Positions 19,165 to 30,645 are shown, numbered from the stretch's first letter. The stretch is DNA of 64,000 bases from Alphaproteobacteria bacterium (GCA_024402715.1 JAKSTF010000001.1:78924-142923); one strand, 5' to 3'. Numbers and translations are program-made. The notes: a model not told the origin generated them from the sequence alone.

Positions 19165-21402
19165 ATGGCAGAAAAGTTCAAGATTTTATCCGTTGGTGGT
19201 TCTGGCAAAGGGCTGAATATTTTCAAATCCAGCGCATACAAAGAACATGAAAAAAAACCGATGGCATCGTTATTTTGGTCAATACGATGGACGATCGGAA
19301 TATGGTTGGTATGTGCTATGGCATTTTGCTTGTCGTTTATATTTGAACATATTTGGCGATACGGTTGGTCACCTGCAACCGCACATTGGACACAAATTTA
19401 TTTACAGCATATGTTTTCAACCATGGGTTTATCTGTTATGGCAGAGATTCCCGATTGGTTTATTCGTACAGTTTTGCGTACAGATATAATGTGTATTATT
19501 CCACTGTTTCCAATAATTGCATTTTATATGATGGCTGATGCCACAATTACCAAAGAATTTAACCCATATGGGAATGATAAATTTTCTGAAAAATCATCTA
19601 ATAAGGCCACCAAAGAAGATATTGAAAAAATGGGATTATTTAAGGGCTTTATGATGGTATTGGGATATTTTAAAGGCAAACCTTTGATGATGCCAGAAAC
19701 ATTATCCGCATTATGTTTAGCCCCTCCGGGGACCGGTAAAACCGCCGGGGTAGTAATTCCAACAATTTTGGATTGTGATGCTTCTTCAATGATAATAAAC
19801 GATCCCAAACCCGAATTAAAACAAATTACATCGGCATACCGTGCAACCATAGGACCGGTGTTTATTATGAATTGGGCGGGTCAGGACGATCCAGAAAATG
19901 GAATCTATTACCCTTCATGGAATCCATTATCACCAGAACATATTCCTTTTAACCAGGAACAACGCGATTTGTATGTTGATTCAATGTGCAAAATTTTGGT
20001 TCAAGAAAGTAAAAATGATCCGCATTGGTCAAATACAGGGCGTGCTGGATTGGCTGGTATGATTCAATTTATGGTATCAAAAATTGAGCACGCACGTGCA
20101 GATGATTATTTTTATGCCAGACTTGATTCCGGAACATTTGATGCCGAAGATGCCGCAGTATTACAGGAATATTACCAACAGATGAGTTTTAGTGGTAATT
20201 CCAATGCATACGCCGCCATGGCCCAATTACAAGATGGCAAATTAAATACTGTAAATTATTTACATATTGGAACATGGGCCCATATTCCACAACGTTGGTT
20301 GGGCAAAGAGGCATCGTTATCATTAATTTTAGATTGGTTAACAGAAACCCAATTGCAGCTGGCGGCAGAATTGGAAGAACGTCGCCGTCAAGGTGATCAA
20401 ACTGTTATGATGGCCGATCCAATGCGTGACGTGTTAGAAAATGCAGTAAACGAAGCCCGGGTATATGACTATTCCCGCCGCGCAATCCAAGAATTAACAC
20501 AATTAGCAAATACCCCAGGTCAAGAACGTGGTTCTATTATTTCAACGATTATGGCGGGTTTGGCAATATTTAGAAATGCCGCTGTTCGTAATCGTACCAG
20601 TCATTCTGATTTTCATTTTGCAGATTTACGTGGTATGCTTGATCCCAGAGACGGCAAGATTAAACCTGTTACTGTTTACCTGTCAATTAATATGGTTGAT
20701 GCCCAGGCGTTAAATCCAATTACGGGTATATTTATTGAACTGATGTCTAATTTCCTGTTGGCAAATGCCCCAGATAAAATTGGAACAACCGGTGAAAAAA
20801 TGGGGCCGTATCCCGTATTATTCGTATTGGATGAAATGCCTAAAATGCAAAAATTGGACGCCGTTATACAGGGCCCCGATTTGGGACGTGGTCAAAAAAT
20901 TTCATATTTGATTATTGGTCAGGATATTCACCAAATTCAAGAACGGTATGGTGCAGATGCAGCCTCAACAATTATATCAACAACCGCAGCAAAAATCGTA
21001 TTACGTCAAAATGATCCAACAACAGCCAAGACATTTAGTGATATGATGGGCTATAAAATGAAAATAACAACTGTAAAGGGCGCAGACGGCAAAGATAAAG
21101 ACGAGACAAAAGAAGAATTGTTATATACCCCAATGGATATTATGAAATTAGCAAAAGGTAAACAGATTGTCATTTTTCAAGGATACTATAATCGCCCGAT
21201 CGAAGCAGATCAAGAATTGCATTTCTTGGGTAAAAATGATGTTCAAAAGAAATTGGCTGCTAAGATTGCAATGGGAGAATCAGCCCCAATGCCAGAATTT
21301 TTGATTCCATCACATTTTTCGGCATTGGGGTATACAGGGACGCCCAAAGTGTACGATCCAACAACAAAAGAAATTAAAATTTTGGATACGGTTACACAAT
21401 AA
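19165..21402 (+). CDS. virD4: Type IV secretion coupling protein (VirD4/TraG family)
   Basis: Two N-terminal TM segments, Walker A CLAPPGTGKTAGVVIPTIL, Walker B VLFVLDEMPKM, and IIGQDIHQIQERYG, as in T4CPs. 745 aa; the start may be M33. Confidence 0.85.
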   Translation: MAEKFKILSVGGSGKGLNIFKSSAYKEHEKKPMASLFWSIRWTIGIWLVCAMAFCLSFIFEHIWRYGWSPATAHWTQIYLQHMFSTMGLSVMAEIPDWFIRTVLRTDIMCIIPLFPIIAFYMMADATITKEFNPYGNDKFSEKSSNKATKEDIEKMGLFKGFMMVLGYFKGKPLMMPETLSALCLAPPGTGKTAGVVIPTILDCDASSMIINDPKPELKQITSAYRATIGPVFIMNWAGQDDPENGIYYPSWNPLSPEHIPFNQEQRDLYVDSMCKILVQESKNDPHWSNTGRAGLAGMIQFMVSKIEHARADDYFYARLDSGTFDAEDAAVLQEYYQQMSFSGNSNAYAAMAQLQDGKLNTVNYLHIGTWAHIPQRWLGKEASLSLILDWLTETQLQLAAELEERRRQGDQTVMMADPMRDVLENAVNEARVYDYSRRAIQELTQLANTPGQERGSIISTIMAGLAIFRNAAVRNRTSHSDFHFADLRGMLDPRDGKIKPVTVYLSINMVDAQALNPITGIFIELMSNFLLANAPDKIGTTGEKMGPYPVLFVLDEMPKMQKLDAVIQGPDLGRGQKISYLIIGQDIHQIQERYGADAASTIISTTAAKIVLRQNDPTTAKTFSDMMGYKMKITTVKGADGKDKDETKEELLYTPMDIMKLAKGKQIVIFQGYYNRPIEADQELHFLGKNDVQKKLAAKIAMGESAPMPEFLIPSHFSALGYTGTPKVYDPTTKEIKILDTVTQ

Positions 21403-21417
21403 AACACCATGGTAATA

Positions 21418-21446
21418 AAAATCCCCCATTCTGGGGGAATTTTTTA
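21418..21446. terminator. Bidirectional terminator between virD4 and infB
   Basis: AAAAATCCCCCA-TTC-TGGGGGAATTTTTT. Confidence 0.75.
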
Positions 21447-23849
21447 TAATTGAGCACGTATTTCTTGCACTTCGTAACATTCAACACGGTCGCCTTCTTT
21501 CAAATCATTGTATTTATCAAAAGACATACCGAATTCAACACCTGCCCCAGATACTTCTTTAACCTCATTCTTTTCACGACGTAATTCGCCAATTTTGCCA
21601 TCATATATGACAACATTATCACGCAATAGACGCACCAATGCATCTTTTTTGACAACACCCTCAGATATACGACATCCGGCAACACGTGTCCCCTTACCTA
21701 CAGTAAACAGTGCAATTACATCGGCATAGCCAATAAAGTTTTCCTTGTGTTCTGGCGCCAGTTTTCCAGACAAAATTTCTTTGATTTCATCTGTAATACG
21801 ATATACAACACTGTGATATCTAATATCAACACCACCAGAACGAGCCATGTCTCGAACAGCTGCATCCGCACGAACGTTGAACGCAATTATAACTGCACCA
21901 GATGCCGTTGCCAAACGAATATCACCTTCGGTTATTTGACCGACACCAGATGACAATATTTCAACCGCAGCTTTGTCAGTTTTAATATCACGCAACATAT
22001 CGTTTATAGCTTCGACACTGCCTTGAACATCGGCACGCAAAATAACCGGTAAAGTTAATTTTTTTGTTTCATCACGCTTTGCGAATAATTCTTCCAATGT
22101 AGAACGTTTGATCGCATTAGCACGATCTTTAGCTTTTTGAGCACGATATGCCGCAACTTCACGTGTCTGTGCATCTGTTTCCATAACACGTAAATCATCA
22201 CCAGCATTTGGAACAGAATCCAATCCCAAAACAACAACAGGTTGCCCAGGTTTAACAAATTTTACCCGTTCACCAGATGAATTGATTAACCCACGTACAC
22301 GGCCAAATGTTTCCCCAACAACAAAAACATCACCTATTTTCAATGTTCCCTGACGCATTAATATTGTGGCAACGGATCCTAAACCTTTTTCCATTTTCGC
22401 CTCTACCACGTATGCAATAGCTGGCATTTCAGGATCAGCTTTTAAATCCATCATTTCTGCCTGTAATAAAATAGCTTCTTCTAATTTATCTAGCCCAATT
22501 TTCTTTGTTGCTGATATCTCAACACATTGAACATCGCCACCAAAATCTTCAACCTGGACTTCTTGTTGTAATAAATCCATTTTTACTTTTTCGGGGTTGG
22601 CCTCTGGCAAATCAATTTTATTAATTGCAACAATAAATGGAACTTTAGCAGCTCTAATGTGATTAATCGCCTCTACGGTTTGTGGCATAATAGAATCATT
22701 TGCCGCAACAACTAATACAACGATATCGGCCATTTGGGCTCCACGTGCTCTCATCGCAGTAAACGTTTCGTGTCCCGGTGTATCCAAAAACGTAATAACT
22801 GCCCCCGATTTTGTTTTAACTTCGTACGCGGATACATGTTGGGTAATACCACCTGCTTCACCTGCGGCAACGTTTGCATTACGGAACGCATCCAATAACG
22901 ATGTTTTTCCATGATCAACATGTCCAACTACCGTAACAACGGGTGCACGTGGCTGCAATTTTTCTGGATTTGGTTCACGGTCTAATTGGTCTGCATACGG
23001 TTTTGCATCAACACGTTTTACTGTTGCGCCAAATTCGGTTGCAATCAATTCTGCCGTATCCGCATCAATTGATTGGTTTTGAGATGCCATCATCCCCATT
23101 TCCATCAATTTCTTAATAACATTACCAACTTTTTCCGCCATAGCGGCCGCCAAATCTTTGACAGTTATCGTATCGCCTAATGTTACAACATGTTCGACCT
23201 TTTGTGGTGCAGAAAATATTGCACGTGCTTTTTCACGAAAACGTTTCAACGAAGCTTCAGACCGACGACGGTTTGCACCGCGAATACCAATTTCATCATC
23301 ATCTTCATCAATAACAATATCATGTAAAGAGATTTTACCAGATTTTTTAAAGTCTTTTTTAGACGCGTTATGACGATTACTAAAACCACGTCCAACATTT
23401 TCATCATCAGTCCCACGATTATTATTGTTCGAACGCGATGTTGAATATTGTTGATTATTTGTATTTTTCTTGGCCGATTGTGTCACAATTGGCGTTTCAA
23501 CAGAATTATTCGTCTCATTTGTCACGTTTTCACGTGCCGCTAATTGTTCTTTAACCTGTTCATATTCACGCGTCTCACGTGCAATTTCTGCCTCGCGTGC
23601 GGCACGTGCCGCTTCTTCTTCGGCTTCTCGCTGTCTACGTTCTTCTTCACGTGCACGTGCCGCCTCTAATACGGCACGTAATTTTTCATCGGTGGCATTA
23701 TGCTGTGGTTGTGGTGTCTTGGGTTCATCCCGTAATTCACGGGTTCCTGGTGCCACAACACGTCGACGACGTTCAACAAAAACCGCGTCACCTTTCTTGC
23801 TTTGTACAGCATCAATTGTTACAGATTTTCCAAGTGTCAATGTTGCCAT
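21444..23849 (-). CDS. infB: Translation initiation factor IF-2
   Basis: G domain [29 protein letters not shown]; charged Glu/Arg/Ala N-terminal region; 801 aa; downstream of nusA. Confidence 0.97.
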   Translation of the reverse strand: MATLTLGKSVTIDAVQSKKGDAVFVERRRRVVAPGTRELRDEPKTPQPQHNATDEKLRAVLEAARAREEERRQREAEEEAARAAREAEIARETREYEQVKEQLAARENVTNETNNSVETPIVTQSAKKNTNNQQYSTSRSNNNNRGTDDENVGRGFSNRHNASKKDFKKSGKISLHDIVIDEDDDEIGIRGANRRRSEASLKRFREKARAIFSAPQKVEHVVTLGDTITVKDLAAAMAEKVGNVIKKLMEMGMMASQNQSIDADTAELIATEFGATVKRVDAKPYADQLDREPNPEKLQPRAPVVTVVGHVDHGKTSLLDAFRNANVAAGEAGGITQHVSAYEVKTKSGAVITFLDTPGHETFTAMRARGAQMADIVVLVVAANDSIMPQTVEAINHIRAAKVPFIVAINKIDLPEANPEKVKMDLLQQEVQVEDFGGDVQCVEISATKKIGLDKLEEAILLQAEMMDLKADPEMPAIAYVVEAKMEKGLGSVATILMRQGTLKIGDVFVVGETFGRVRGLINSSGERVKFVKPGQPVVVLGLDSVPNAGDDLRVMETDAQTREVAAYRAQKAKDRANAIKRSTLEELFAKRDETKKLTLPVILRADVQGSVEAINDMLRDIKTDKAAVEILSSGVGQITEGDIRLATASGAVIIAFNVRADAAVRDMARSGGVDIRYHSVVYRITDEIKEILSGKLAPEHKENFIGYADVIALFTVGKGTRVAGCRISEGVVKKDALVRLLRDNVVIYDGKIGELRREKNEVKEVSGAGVEFGMSFDKYNDLKEGDRVECYEVQEIRAQL

Positions 23850-23866
23850 TTTTTCACCTTTGGTTA

Positions 23867-25405
23867 TTAATTTTCACCCTGGGTTATACCGTATGCTAAT
23901 TCGCGTGCCTTCATAACAATACGTCCCGCCAAACGTGCAGATACAATATCTTCACCCAATATTTCAACCAATTCATCAGATGCTAAATCTGCCAAATCAG
24001 ATAACGATTTAATACCATTTTCACCCAATTTCATAATCATTGGACGTTTAATGAAATCAAATTTTAACAAATCGTCTTGCATTCCTAATTTGTGTCCTTG
24101 GTCAATGTAATCTTGTTCAACTTTTTCCAAATACGCCTTTGCACGTGTCTGCAATTCTGTTGCTAATTCAGAATTAAAGCCTTCGATTGCTTCTAATTCA
24201 CTTGGGTTAACAAATGCGATTTCTTCTATTGTACGAAAACCTTCTGTTATTAACAAATGTGCAATCATTTCATCGACATCCAATCCCTGAACAAATAATT
24301 CTGTTTTTTCTTTGAATTCTTTAGCACGACGTTCTTGCTCAGTCTGTTCATTCATAACATCGATATTCCATCCTGTTAATTGGGACGCTAAACGAACATT
24401 CTGTCCACGACGACCGATTGCCAAGGATTGTTGATCATCGTTTACAACAACATCTGCGCGATGTGCATCCTCATCAACAATAATTTTTGCAACTTTGGCG
24501 GGTTGCATTGCATTAACAATGAACACAGCAGGATCTTCTGAGTACAAGATAACATCTATTTTTTCACCATGACATTCATTGATAACAGGTTGAATACGTG
24601 TTCCTTTGATACCAACTGTCATACCAACCGCATCAATTGACGGATCCTGGGTTTCAACTGCAATTTTTGCATGCGACCCCGGGGCACGTGATACAGATTT
24701 AATTTTAATAATCCCCTCATAGATTTCTGGAACTTCTTGCATAAACAATTTTTCCATAAACATTGGGTGTGTACGTGTTAAAAATATTTGCGGTCCTGAA
24801 TTACTGCGTGCAACATCCATAATCAATGCACGAACCCGGTCTCCAACTGCCAAACGTTCACCTGGGATCAATTCATTACCACGAATATAACCTTCGGCTT
24901 TACCATTTATATCTACAAAAACATTTCCAAATTCGATACGTTTTACAACACCAGATACAATATCGCCAATATTGTCTTTGAATTCCTCATATTGACGCCC
25001 TTTTTCTGCATCACGAACACGTGCCGTCATAATTTGTTTTGCAGTTTGGAATGCCATACGTCCAAATTCTGGTTCTGGTAATGCATCTTCAACAACATCA
25101 CCAACCTGTGGATTCTTGGCATACTTTTTTGCCTGTTCTACCGTTAGCATTGTATTTGCGTCATATTCTTCACCAACAGCTTCCGGAGATTTAATAACAT
25201 CGAACAAACGTTTCACATAAATCGCACCGTTTTTACGATCAATTTGTGCAGTTATATTAAATTCTTCACCATATTTATGCTTCGCAATTTTGGCAATTGC
25301 TGCCTCTAACGATTCAATAACTATTTCACGATCAATTACCTTTTCTTGGGCCAAAGAATCAATTGCTAATAACAAATCCTGGCGTGGCATTGAAACAAAA
25401 GACAT
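23867..25405 (-). CDS. nusA: Transcription termination/antitermination factor NusA
   Basis: S1 domain (GDIVSGVVKRIEFGNVFVDINGKAEGYI), KH domains (AIGRRGQNVRLASQLTGWNIDV), and a C-terminal HhH-type repeat region. Confidence 0.95.
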   Translation of the reverse strand: MSFVSMPRQDLLLAIDSLAQEKVIDREIVIESLEAAIAKIAKHKYGEEFNITAQIDRKNGAIYVKRLFDVIKSPEAVGEEYDANTMLTVEQAKKYAKNPQVGDVVEDALPEPEFGRMAFQTAKQIMTARVRDAEKGRQYEEFKDNIGDIVSGVVKRIEFGNVFVDINGKAEGYIRGNELIPGERLAVGDRVRALIMDVARSNSGPQIFLTRTHPMFMEKLFMQEVPEIYEGIIKIKSVSRAPGSHAKIAVETQDPSIDAVGMTVGIKGTRIQPVINECHGEKIDVILYSEDPAVFIVNAMQPAKVAKIIVDEDAHRADVVVNDDQQSLAIGRRGQNVRLASQLTGWNIDVMNEQTEQERRAKEFKEKTELFVQGLDVDEMIAHLLITEGFRTIEEIAFVNPSELEAIEGFNSELATELQTRAKAYLEKVEQDYIDQGHKLGMQDDLLKFDFIKRPMIMKLGENGIKSLSDLADLASDELVEILGEDIVSARLAGRIVMKARELAYGITQGEN

Positions 25406-25455
25406 TTTTTTCTCCTTGCTTTTTTTATTCTATCGCTTTTGTTTTTGTTATTTAT

Positions 25456-25484
25456 AAGGGCGGGGTTTCTTCAACCCCGCCCTT
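25456..25484. other. GC-rich perfect 11-bp hairpin in the divergent nusA/lptF intergenic region
   Basis: AAGGGCGGGGT-TTCTTCA-ACCCCGCCCTT. No U-run follows directly on either strand, and no gene ends here. Confidence 0.5.
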
Positions 25485-25594
25485 AAAAAACTTTTTAAGA
25501 ACACTGCAAAGTGTATCACCGAATTACCAAAATGCAAGTAAAAACCACTTTATTATTTGACGATTGGACTTTGGGGCTTTATACTACAACTATT

Positions 25595-26653
25595 ATGAAA
25601 ATACTGGATAAATATTTTTCACGCCAATTGGTGACAATTTTTGTCATGCTGTTATTGATTTTAACAGGCTTGGCTTGGATGGTCCAAATCATGTCCATGA
25701 TGAAATTTTTATTAAATTATGGTATTGCGTTAAGCAATTTTTTGGGACTTACCGTTTTAATGATTCCATTTATTATTTCAATCATTATCCCGTTTGTATG
25801 CTTTATATCCGTTATATTCGTTTACAATAAGATGATTTCTGATAACGAAATTACAGTTATGATGGCATCTGGGTTATCGCCCCACCAAATTGCCCGTCCA
25901 GCATTACGATTGGCCGGATTATTAACATTGGTACATTTTTTATTGAATTTATGGATTGTTCCGGCGTCTCAATCATACTTTTATACAACGCAATGGAATT
26001 TGCGTTACGGATTGGCCCATATGAAATTACAGGAATCCGCATTTACACAACTGTCGAACGGTTTGGTTGTTTATGTAGACAAAGTGGCGGGGCATGATTT
26101 ATCACAGGTTATGTTATCAGATACACGTGATAAAAATTCATCGATTGTTATTTTTGCTGAACAGGGAAAATTAGTATCAACGCCGCGTGGCTTATCAATT
26201 GTCATGCAAAATGGTTCATTACAGTCAAATGGCAAAAATATGACCACCGGAACCTTTGACAGTTTTGATATGGATTTAAATATCGCGGATAAAGGTGGTG
26301 ACACAAGTTTCAAGGTGCGCCGTATATCGACATTAAATTTAATTAAATCTGTATTAAACGCAAAAAATGCAAAACAACAACGTTTGATTTTATCTGAATT
26401 GTGTAATAGATTTTTAAATCCGTTAATGAATTTAATTTTAGTCGCTGTATGTACATTGATATTATTACGAACATCACTATTGCGCCGTCGGGCCAGTTTT
26501 GCACCACTTATGGCGGTAACCGCAATGGCAGCGATAATGTCTTTATTTATGTCTGCAACCAATATGGTTAATAGCTTTACAGATTTATTTTTGTTAACTA
26601 TGGCTGTATTTGGAACGTTAGGTTTAATTACATTTGCATTATATAGAAGATGA
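25595..26653 (+). CDS. lptF: LPS export ABC permease, LptF/LptG (YjgP/YjgQ) family
   Basis: Track ORF trimmed to ATG 25595 (MKILDKYFSRQLVTIFVMLLLILTGL, the typical family N-terminus). Multi-TM with a central periplasmic beta-jellyroll region. ATGA overlap with lptD. Confidence 0.8.
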   Translation: MKILDKYFSRQLVTIFVMLLLILTGLAWMVQIMSMMKFLLNYGIALSNFLGLTVLMIPFIISIIIPFVCFISVIFVYNKMISDNEITVMMASGLSPHQIARPALRLAGLLTLVHFLLNLWIVPASQSYFYTTQWNLRYGLAHMKLQESAFTQLSNGLVVYVDKVAGHDLSQVMLSDTRDKNSSIVIFAEQGKLVSTPRGLSIVMQNGSLQSNGKNMTTGTFDSFDMDLNIADKGGDTSFKVRRISTLNLIKSVLNAKNAKQQRLILSELCNRFLNPLMNLILVAVCTLILLRTSLLRRRASFAPLMAVTAMAAIMSLFMSATNMVNSFTDLFLLTMAVFGTLGLITFALYRR

Positions 26654-28668
26654 GAAAGATTATACAATTTTTTACTGCATTAATTTCATCTGGTTCTGCA
26701 TTTGCATTATCTGTGGATACCAATACCCCTAAAACAATAACTGCGGATAAAATTGAATATAATATAAAATCAGAAACAATGAAAACGTCCGGAAAAACAG
26801 AAATTGTTAATCAAGCAGGACAACGTGTAACATTAAGTGATTCTTATATGTCTCGAAATGGTAAAATAGATGGTCAAGAAATAAAAATATGGTTAGGAAA
26901 TCATGTGTATATGGAATCTGAAAACGTATCATATGAATTACCTAAAACAATTGCAACTGATGCTATGTTTACTGCATGTGATGGATGTGATTCGTATGGA
27001 AATGCATGGGAGATATCCGCAAAAAAGATTATCCATAATAACGATACAAAAATGATACGGTTTTATGATTCTGTATTTTGGTTGTATGATATGCCAGTAT
27101 TGTGGTTTCCTGTGTTCGCAATGCCAGACCCAAGTGTAAAACACAAATCTGGAATTTTGATACCTGATTTAAAATCAACCAATAAGATGGGGACACAAAT
27201 AAATTTACCAATATATGTAGCATTTTCTGACACACATGATGCAACATTAACATTATCTTATTTAACAAAAGAAAATCCATTATTACAATTGGAACATCGA
27301 TTGAATTCAGAACATTCCGAATACAGGACACGTGGTGCCTTTACACGTAATCGAGATGGTGAGAATCGTTGGTATATTTTTAATAATGATATCGTTGAAT
27401 TAGGAGAATATGCACGTGCTTCTGTATATCTTGAACGTACATCTGATAAAACGTTTTTGCAAAAATACGGTTTCTATGGCGATCAACCATTTTTAGATTC
27501 TGGGGTAAAATTAGAATTGTTTAGCCAAACTGGATACGTTGTTGCAGATACGCATAAATTCCAAGAATTGCGTTATATTTCCAAATACAGCAAAAATACA
27601 ACTATTCCGAGTGGGGACATTTTACCAAATATACGTGGTGTTTATCAAACAGCACCAATCTATAAAGAAACATACGCTTTATTAAAAACCGATGTTTTAG
27701 GAATATCTGGTGATGGTACTGCATCACAACGTGTAATTGGTGATGTTCGTATGATATCGCCATGGACATTACCATTTGGTAACCGTTTAACTGCAAGCAT
27801 TTCTGCCCGTTATGATTTATATAATTTTGAACATACTGATATGATAGATGGCGAATCTTTTTCTGGGTTAAAAAATCGTTTCTTGCCCAGTGGTTATTTA
27901 GAATGGGGATTACCGTTAATGCGTCCTGCAAACACGTGGACACAGGTTATTGAACCACGTGCACGCGTAACAATTATGCGTCATATTGATGATGCCCAGT
28001 TCGCAATCAATGGTGATTCTGCCGGAGCATTATTATCAGATGCAACATTATTTTCAAATAAACGTTTTTCTGGTTTAGATTTATGGGAAAATGGAACGTA
28101 CGCAGATTATGGTATGCGATATGCCGCATTTAATCAAATAGGACAAATGTACGAATTATTCTTTGGGCAAACTTATGATTTTCAGACCAGGGAAACTATT
28201 GATCCAAACAGTGGTTTTTATAATGGGGCATCTGATTATGTTGGACGTATTTCTTTCAATAATACTAAATGGTTCGACATCAGCAGTCGTTTTCGTTTAT
28301 CCAAAGAAGATTTATCACTAAATCATATAGAAACATCTGCTGTTATTGGTGATTCAAAAAACTATATTGATATAGGACATATCTGGTCTCAGCAATTTAT
28401 TGATGCATATACAGCAGATGACGATATAAACGAATTAACGGCAGGCTTGGGCGTTCAGCTATCTGGCCGTTGGTCTGTTCGGTTTAACTCGATATATAAT
28501 TTAACATATGAACGATTTCAACGTCATTCTGGGGGTGTGTATTATACTCATCCGTGTTATTATATTGCATTAGAATATCATCATGATAATGCAATCAAGG
28601 AAGATTACGTTGGAACAACATCATATCAATTTCGTTTTGGTATGAGCATTGACGGAAAGAAATACTAA
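26650..28668 (+). CDS. lptD: LPS-assembly outer-membrane protein LptD
   Basis: Signal peptide, OstA-like N-domain (ITADKIEYNIKSETMKTSGKTEIV), a large C-terminal beta-barrel rich in alternating aromatic residues. Conserved lptD-surA synteny. Confidence 0.85.
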   Translation: MRKIIQFFTALISSGSAFALSVDTNTPKTITADKIEYNIKSETMKTSGKTEIVNQAGQRVTLSDSYMSRNGKIDGQEIKIWLGNHVYMESENVSYELPKTIATDAMFTACDGCDSYGNAWEISAKKIIHNNDTKMIRFYDSVFWLYDMPVLWFPVFAMPDPSVKHKSGILIPDLKSTNKMGTQINLPIYVAFSDTHDATLTLSYLTKENPLLQLEHRLNSEHSEYRTRGAFTRNRDGENRWYIFNNDIVELGEYARASVYLERTSDKTFLQKYGFYGDQPFLDSGVKLELFSQTGYVVADTHKFQELRYISKYSKNTTIPSGDILPNIRGVYQTAPIYKETYALLKTDVLGISGDGTASQRVIGDVRMISPWTLPFGNRLTASISARYDLYNFEHTDMIDGESFSGLKNRFLPSGYLEWGLPLMRPANTWTQVIEPRARVTIMRHIDDAQFAINGDSAGALLSDATLFSNKRFSGLDLWENGTYADYGMRYAAFNQIGQMYELFFGQTYDFQTRETIDPNSGFYNGASDYVGRISFNNTKWFDISSRFRLSKEDLSLNHIETSAVIGDSKNYIDIGHIWSQQFIDAYTADDDINELTAGLGVQLSGRWSVRFNSIYNLTYERFQRHSGGVYYTHPCYYIALEYHHDNAIKEDYVGTTSYQFRFGMSIDGKKY

Positions 28669-28687
28669 AAGCAAAGGAAACAAACAG

Positions 28688-29512
28688 ATGAAAAAGTATT
28701 ATATCTCTGCAATTATATTTGGTCTGTTTACAATACCACTGCATGCCACCAGTATCATTGCAAATATAAATGGTGAACCAATTTCTGATACAGATATAAC
28801 CGCACGAACAAAATTAATGGCCCGTCAAGGACGTACTTCTGTTGATAATCGACGCGTTGCATTACAAAATATAATTGATGATAACATCAAAGTAGAATAC
28901 GCGTCTAACTTTAATGCTGTTCCTGACGAGAAAACAGTTGATACAGAATTAAAGAAAATGAATCTTGGTGTTTTACCTGCATCTGAAATAACAATGGCAA
29001 AACGTGCCTTACGTGCAGAAATGGCATGGCAAATGGTTGTTGCACGTACAATTATGCCAACAATCAAAATTTCAGATGAACAAATTACATCTGAAACCGC
29101 AGATTTAGCACGTACTCACGGATTACCAATTGAAATGACAATTATACGTTTAATTGATATTCCAAGCGATATCGCGGCCAAATTATCAAAACCATCCAGT
29201 TGTGATAACGCAATGGAAATAGCAGAACGTTTTGGTGGTGCACCACAAAAATTTACTGCGGCACAATATGAACTATCGGCAGACATTCGAGAACGCGTTG
29301 CAACATTAGCTAAATTAACATGGTCGCCTGTTGTTGATCGTAGTGTATTATTAGTATGTAATACAAAAAAAATGCCAGAATATAAAAATTTAGATAAAAC
29401 AATAAAACAAAATGCAATATTTAAACAGGCAATGTTCACTGCAGACCAGCAATTAAAACAATTACGCCGCAAAGCGATTATCATTATAAACGACGACAGA
29501 TATAAATTATGA
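28688..29512 (+). CDS. surA: SurA-like periplasmic chaperone (N-terminal chaperone domain only; no obvious parvulin domain)
   Basis: Trimmed to ATG 28688 behind AAAGGAAA. Signal peptide MKKYYISAIIFGLFTIPLHA, then IIANINGEPISDTDI (the SurA_N start). Its position immediately after lptD supports the call. Confidence 0.6.
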   Translation: MKKYYISAIIFGLFTIPLHATSIIANINGEPISDTDITARTKLMARQGRTSVDNRRVALQNIIDDNIKVEYASNFNAVPDEKTVDTELKKMNLGVLPASEITMAKRALRAEMAWQMVVARTIMPTIKISDEQITSETADLARTHGLPIEMTIIRLIDIPSDIAAKLSKPSSCDNAMEIAERFGGAPQKFTAAQYELSADIRERVATLAKLTWSPVVDRSVLLVCNTKKMPEYKNLDKTIKQNAIFKQAMFTADQQLKQLRRKAIIIINDDRYKL

Positions 29513-30624
29513 AACAAATATTATTTAATATGACGCCCAGCCAATTGGAAGCATTCGTTACAGAGATTGGACAACCAAAATTTCGGGCAAAACAAATTTC
29601 AGAATGGTTAATGCGTGGGGCACCAAATTTTTCAGTAATGAAAAATTTACCAGAATCGTTGCGTCATGATTTAGATGAACGTGCCCAAACATTACCAGTA
29701 AATATTGTAAAAAAATTAGAATCCCGCGATGGTGAAACAACAAAATTTTTATTGGAATTATACGATGGTGAACAAATTGAATGCGTATTGATGCGGACAT
29801 CATACGGCAATAGTGTATGCGTTAGTTCACAGGCTGGATGTGCAATGGGTTGTAAATTTTGTGCATCAACATTATTAGGTTTAAAACGTAATCTAAGTAC
29901 CAATGAAATATTTTCGCAAATATTGGTTGCACAATGGGAATTACGATCAGATAAATTTGATAAGCACCAAATTCACCCAAATGGTGATGCCAATAATGGT
30001 GATGTATCACATATTGTTGTAATGGGAACAGGTGAACCGTTACAAAATACAGAAAATGTTATTGGATTTATTGAACGAGCAAACCATGAAATGGGGATAG
30101 GATGGCGACATATCACAGTATCGACATGTGGTATTGTCCCTGGAATACATGATTTAATAAAATGGGGACGTCCAATTAATCTAGCAATATCACTGCACGC
30201 GCCAACCGATGAATTGCGCAGTCAGATTATGCCAATCAATAATAAATATAAATTATCCGATGTTTTAACCGCTGCTAATGAATTCACAAATGCACATAAT
30301 CGACAACTGATGATTGAATATATATTATTGGGGCATAAAAATGAAAATGGTGAAACAGAATTATATAACGCAACTATAGAATATGCTGAAAAATTGGCAG
30401 ACTTGCTACATGGTAAAAATTGTATGGTAAATCTGATACCATGGAATGCGGTCGATGAACGTGATTTTGCATCCCCATCGGGTAATGCTGTTCACAGATT
30501 CCAAGATATATTAATTCAACGTGGTATTCATACCAGAATACGTCGTGAACGTGGCACTGATATTGGCAGTGCATGTGGACAATTACGATTAAATAATGCA
30601 AAAAAAATAAATGATCAACGTTGA
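29509..30624 (+). CDS. rlmN: 23S rRNA/tRNA adenine-C2 methyltransferase (radical SAM)
   Basis: N-terminal ..GQPKFRAKQISEWL.., radical-SAM CVSSQAGCAMGCKFCAST, and C-terminal GSACGQL. Confidence 0.93.
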   Translation: MKQILFNMTPSQLEAFVTEIGQPKFRAKQISEWLMRGAPNFSVMKNLPESLRHDLDERAQTLPVNIVKKLESRDGETTKFLLELYDGEQIECVLMRTSYGNSVCVSSQAGCAMGCKFCASTLLGLKRNLSTNEIFSQILVAQWELRSDKFDKHQIHPNGDANNGDVSHIVVMGTGEPLQNTENVIGFIERANHEMGIGWRHITVSTCGIVPGIHDLIKWGRPINLAISLHAPTDELRSQIMPINNKYKLSDVLTAANEFTNAHNRQLMIEYILLGHKNENGETELYNATIEYAEKLADLLHGKNCMVNLIPWNAVDERDFASPSGNAVHRFQDILIQRGIHTRIRRERGTDIGSACGQLRLNNAKKINDQR

Positions 30625-30645
30625 ATTTTACTGAATAAAATTATT

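Noticed and set aside
23158-23916. Plus-strand ORFs of 71-148 aa rich in Ser/Ala/Arg opposite infB
   Set aside because: They are antisense shadows of the GAA/GCN/CGN-rich N-terminal region of IF-2. No RBS, no independent signal.
26071-26667. 198-aa minus-strand ORF
   Set aside because: It is fully antisense to lptF, whose family N-terminus and TM layout are clear. The composition is AT-driven (Asn/Ile/Lys).
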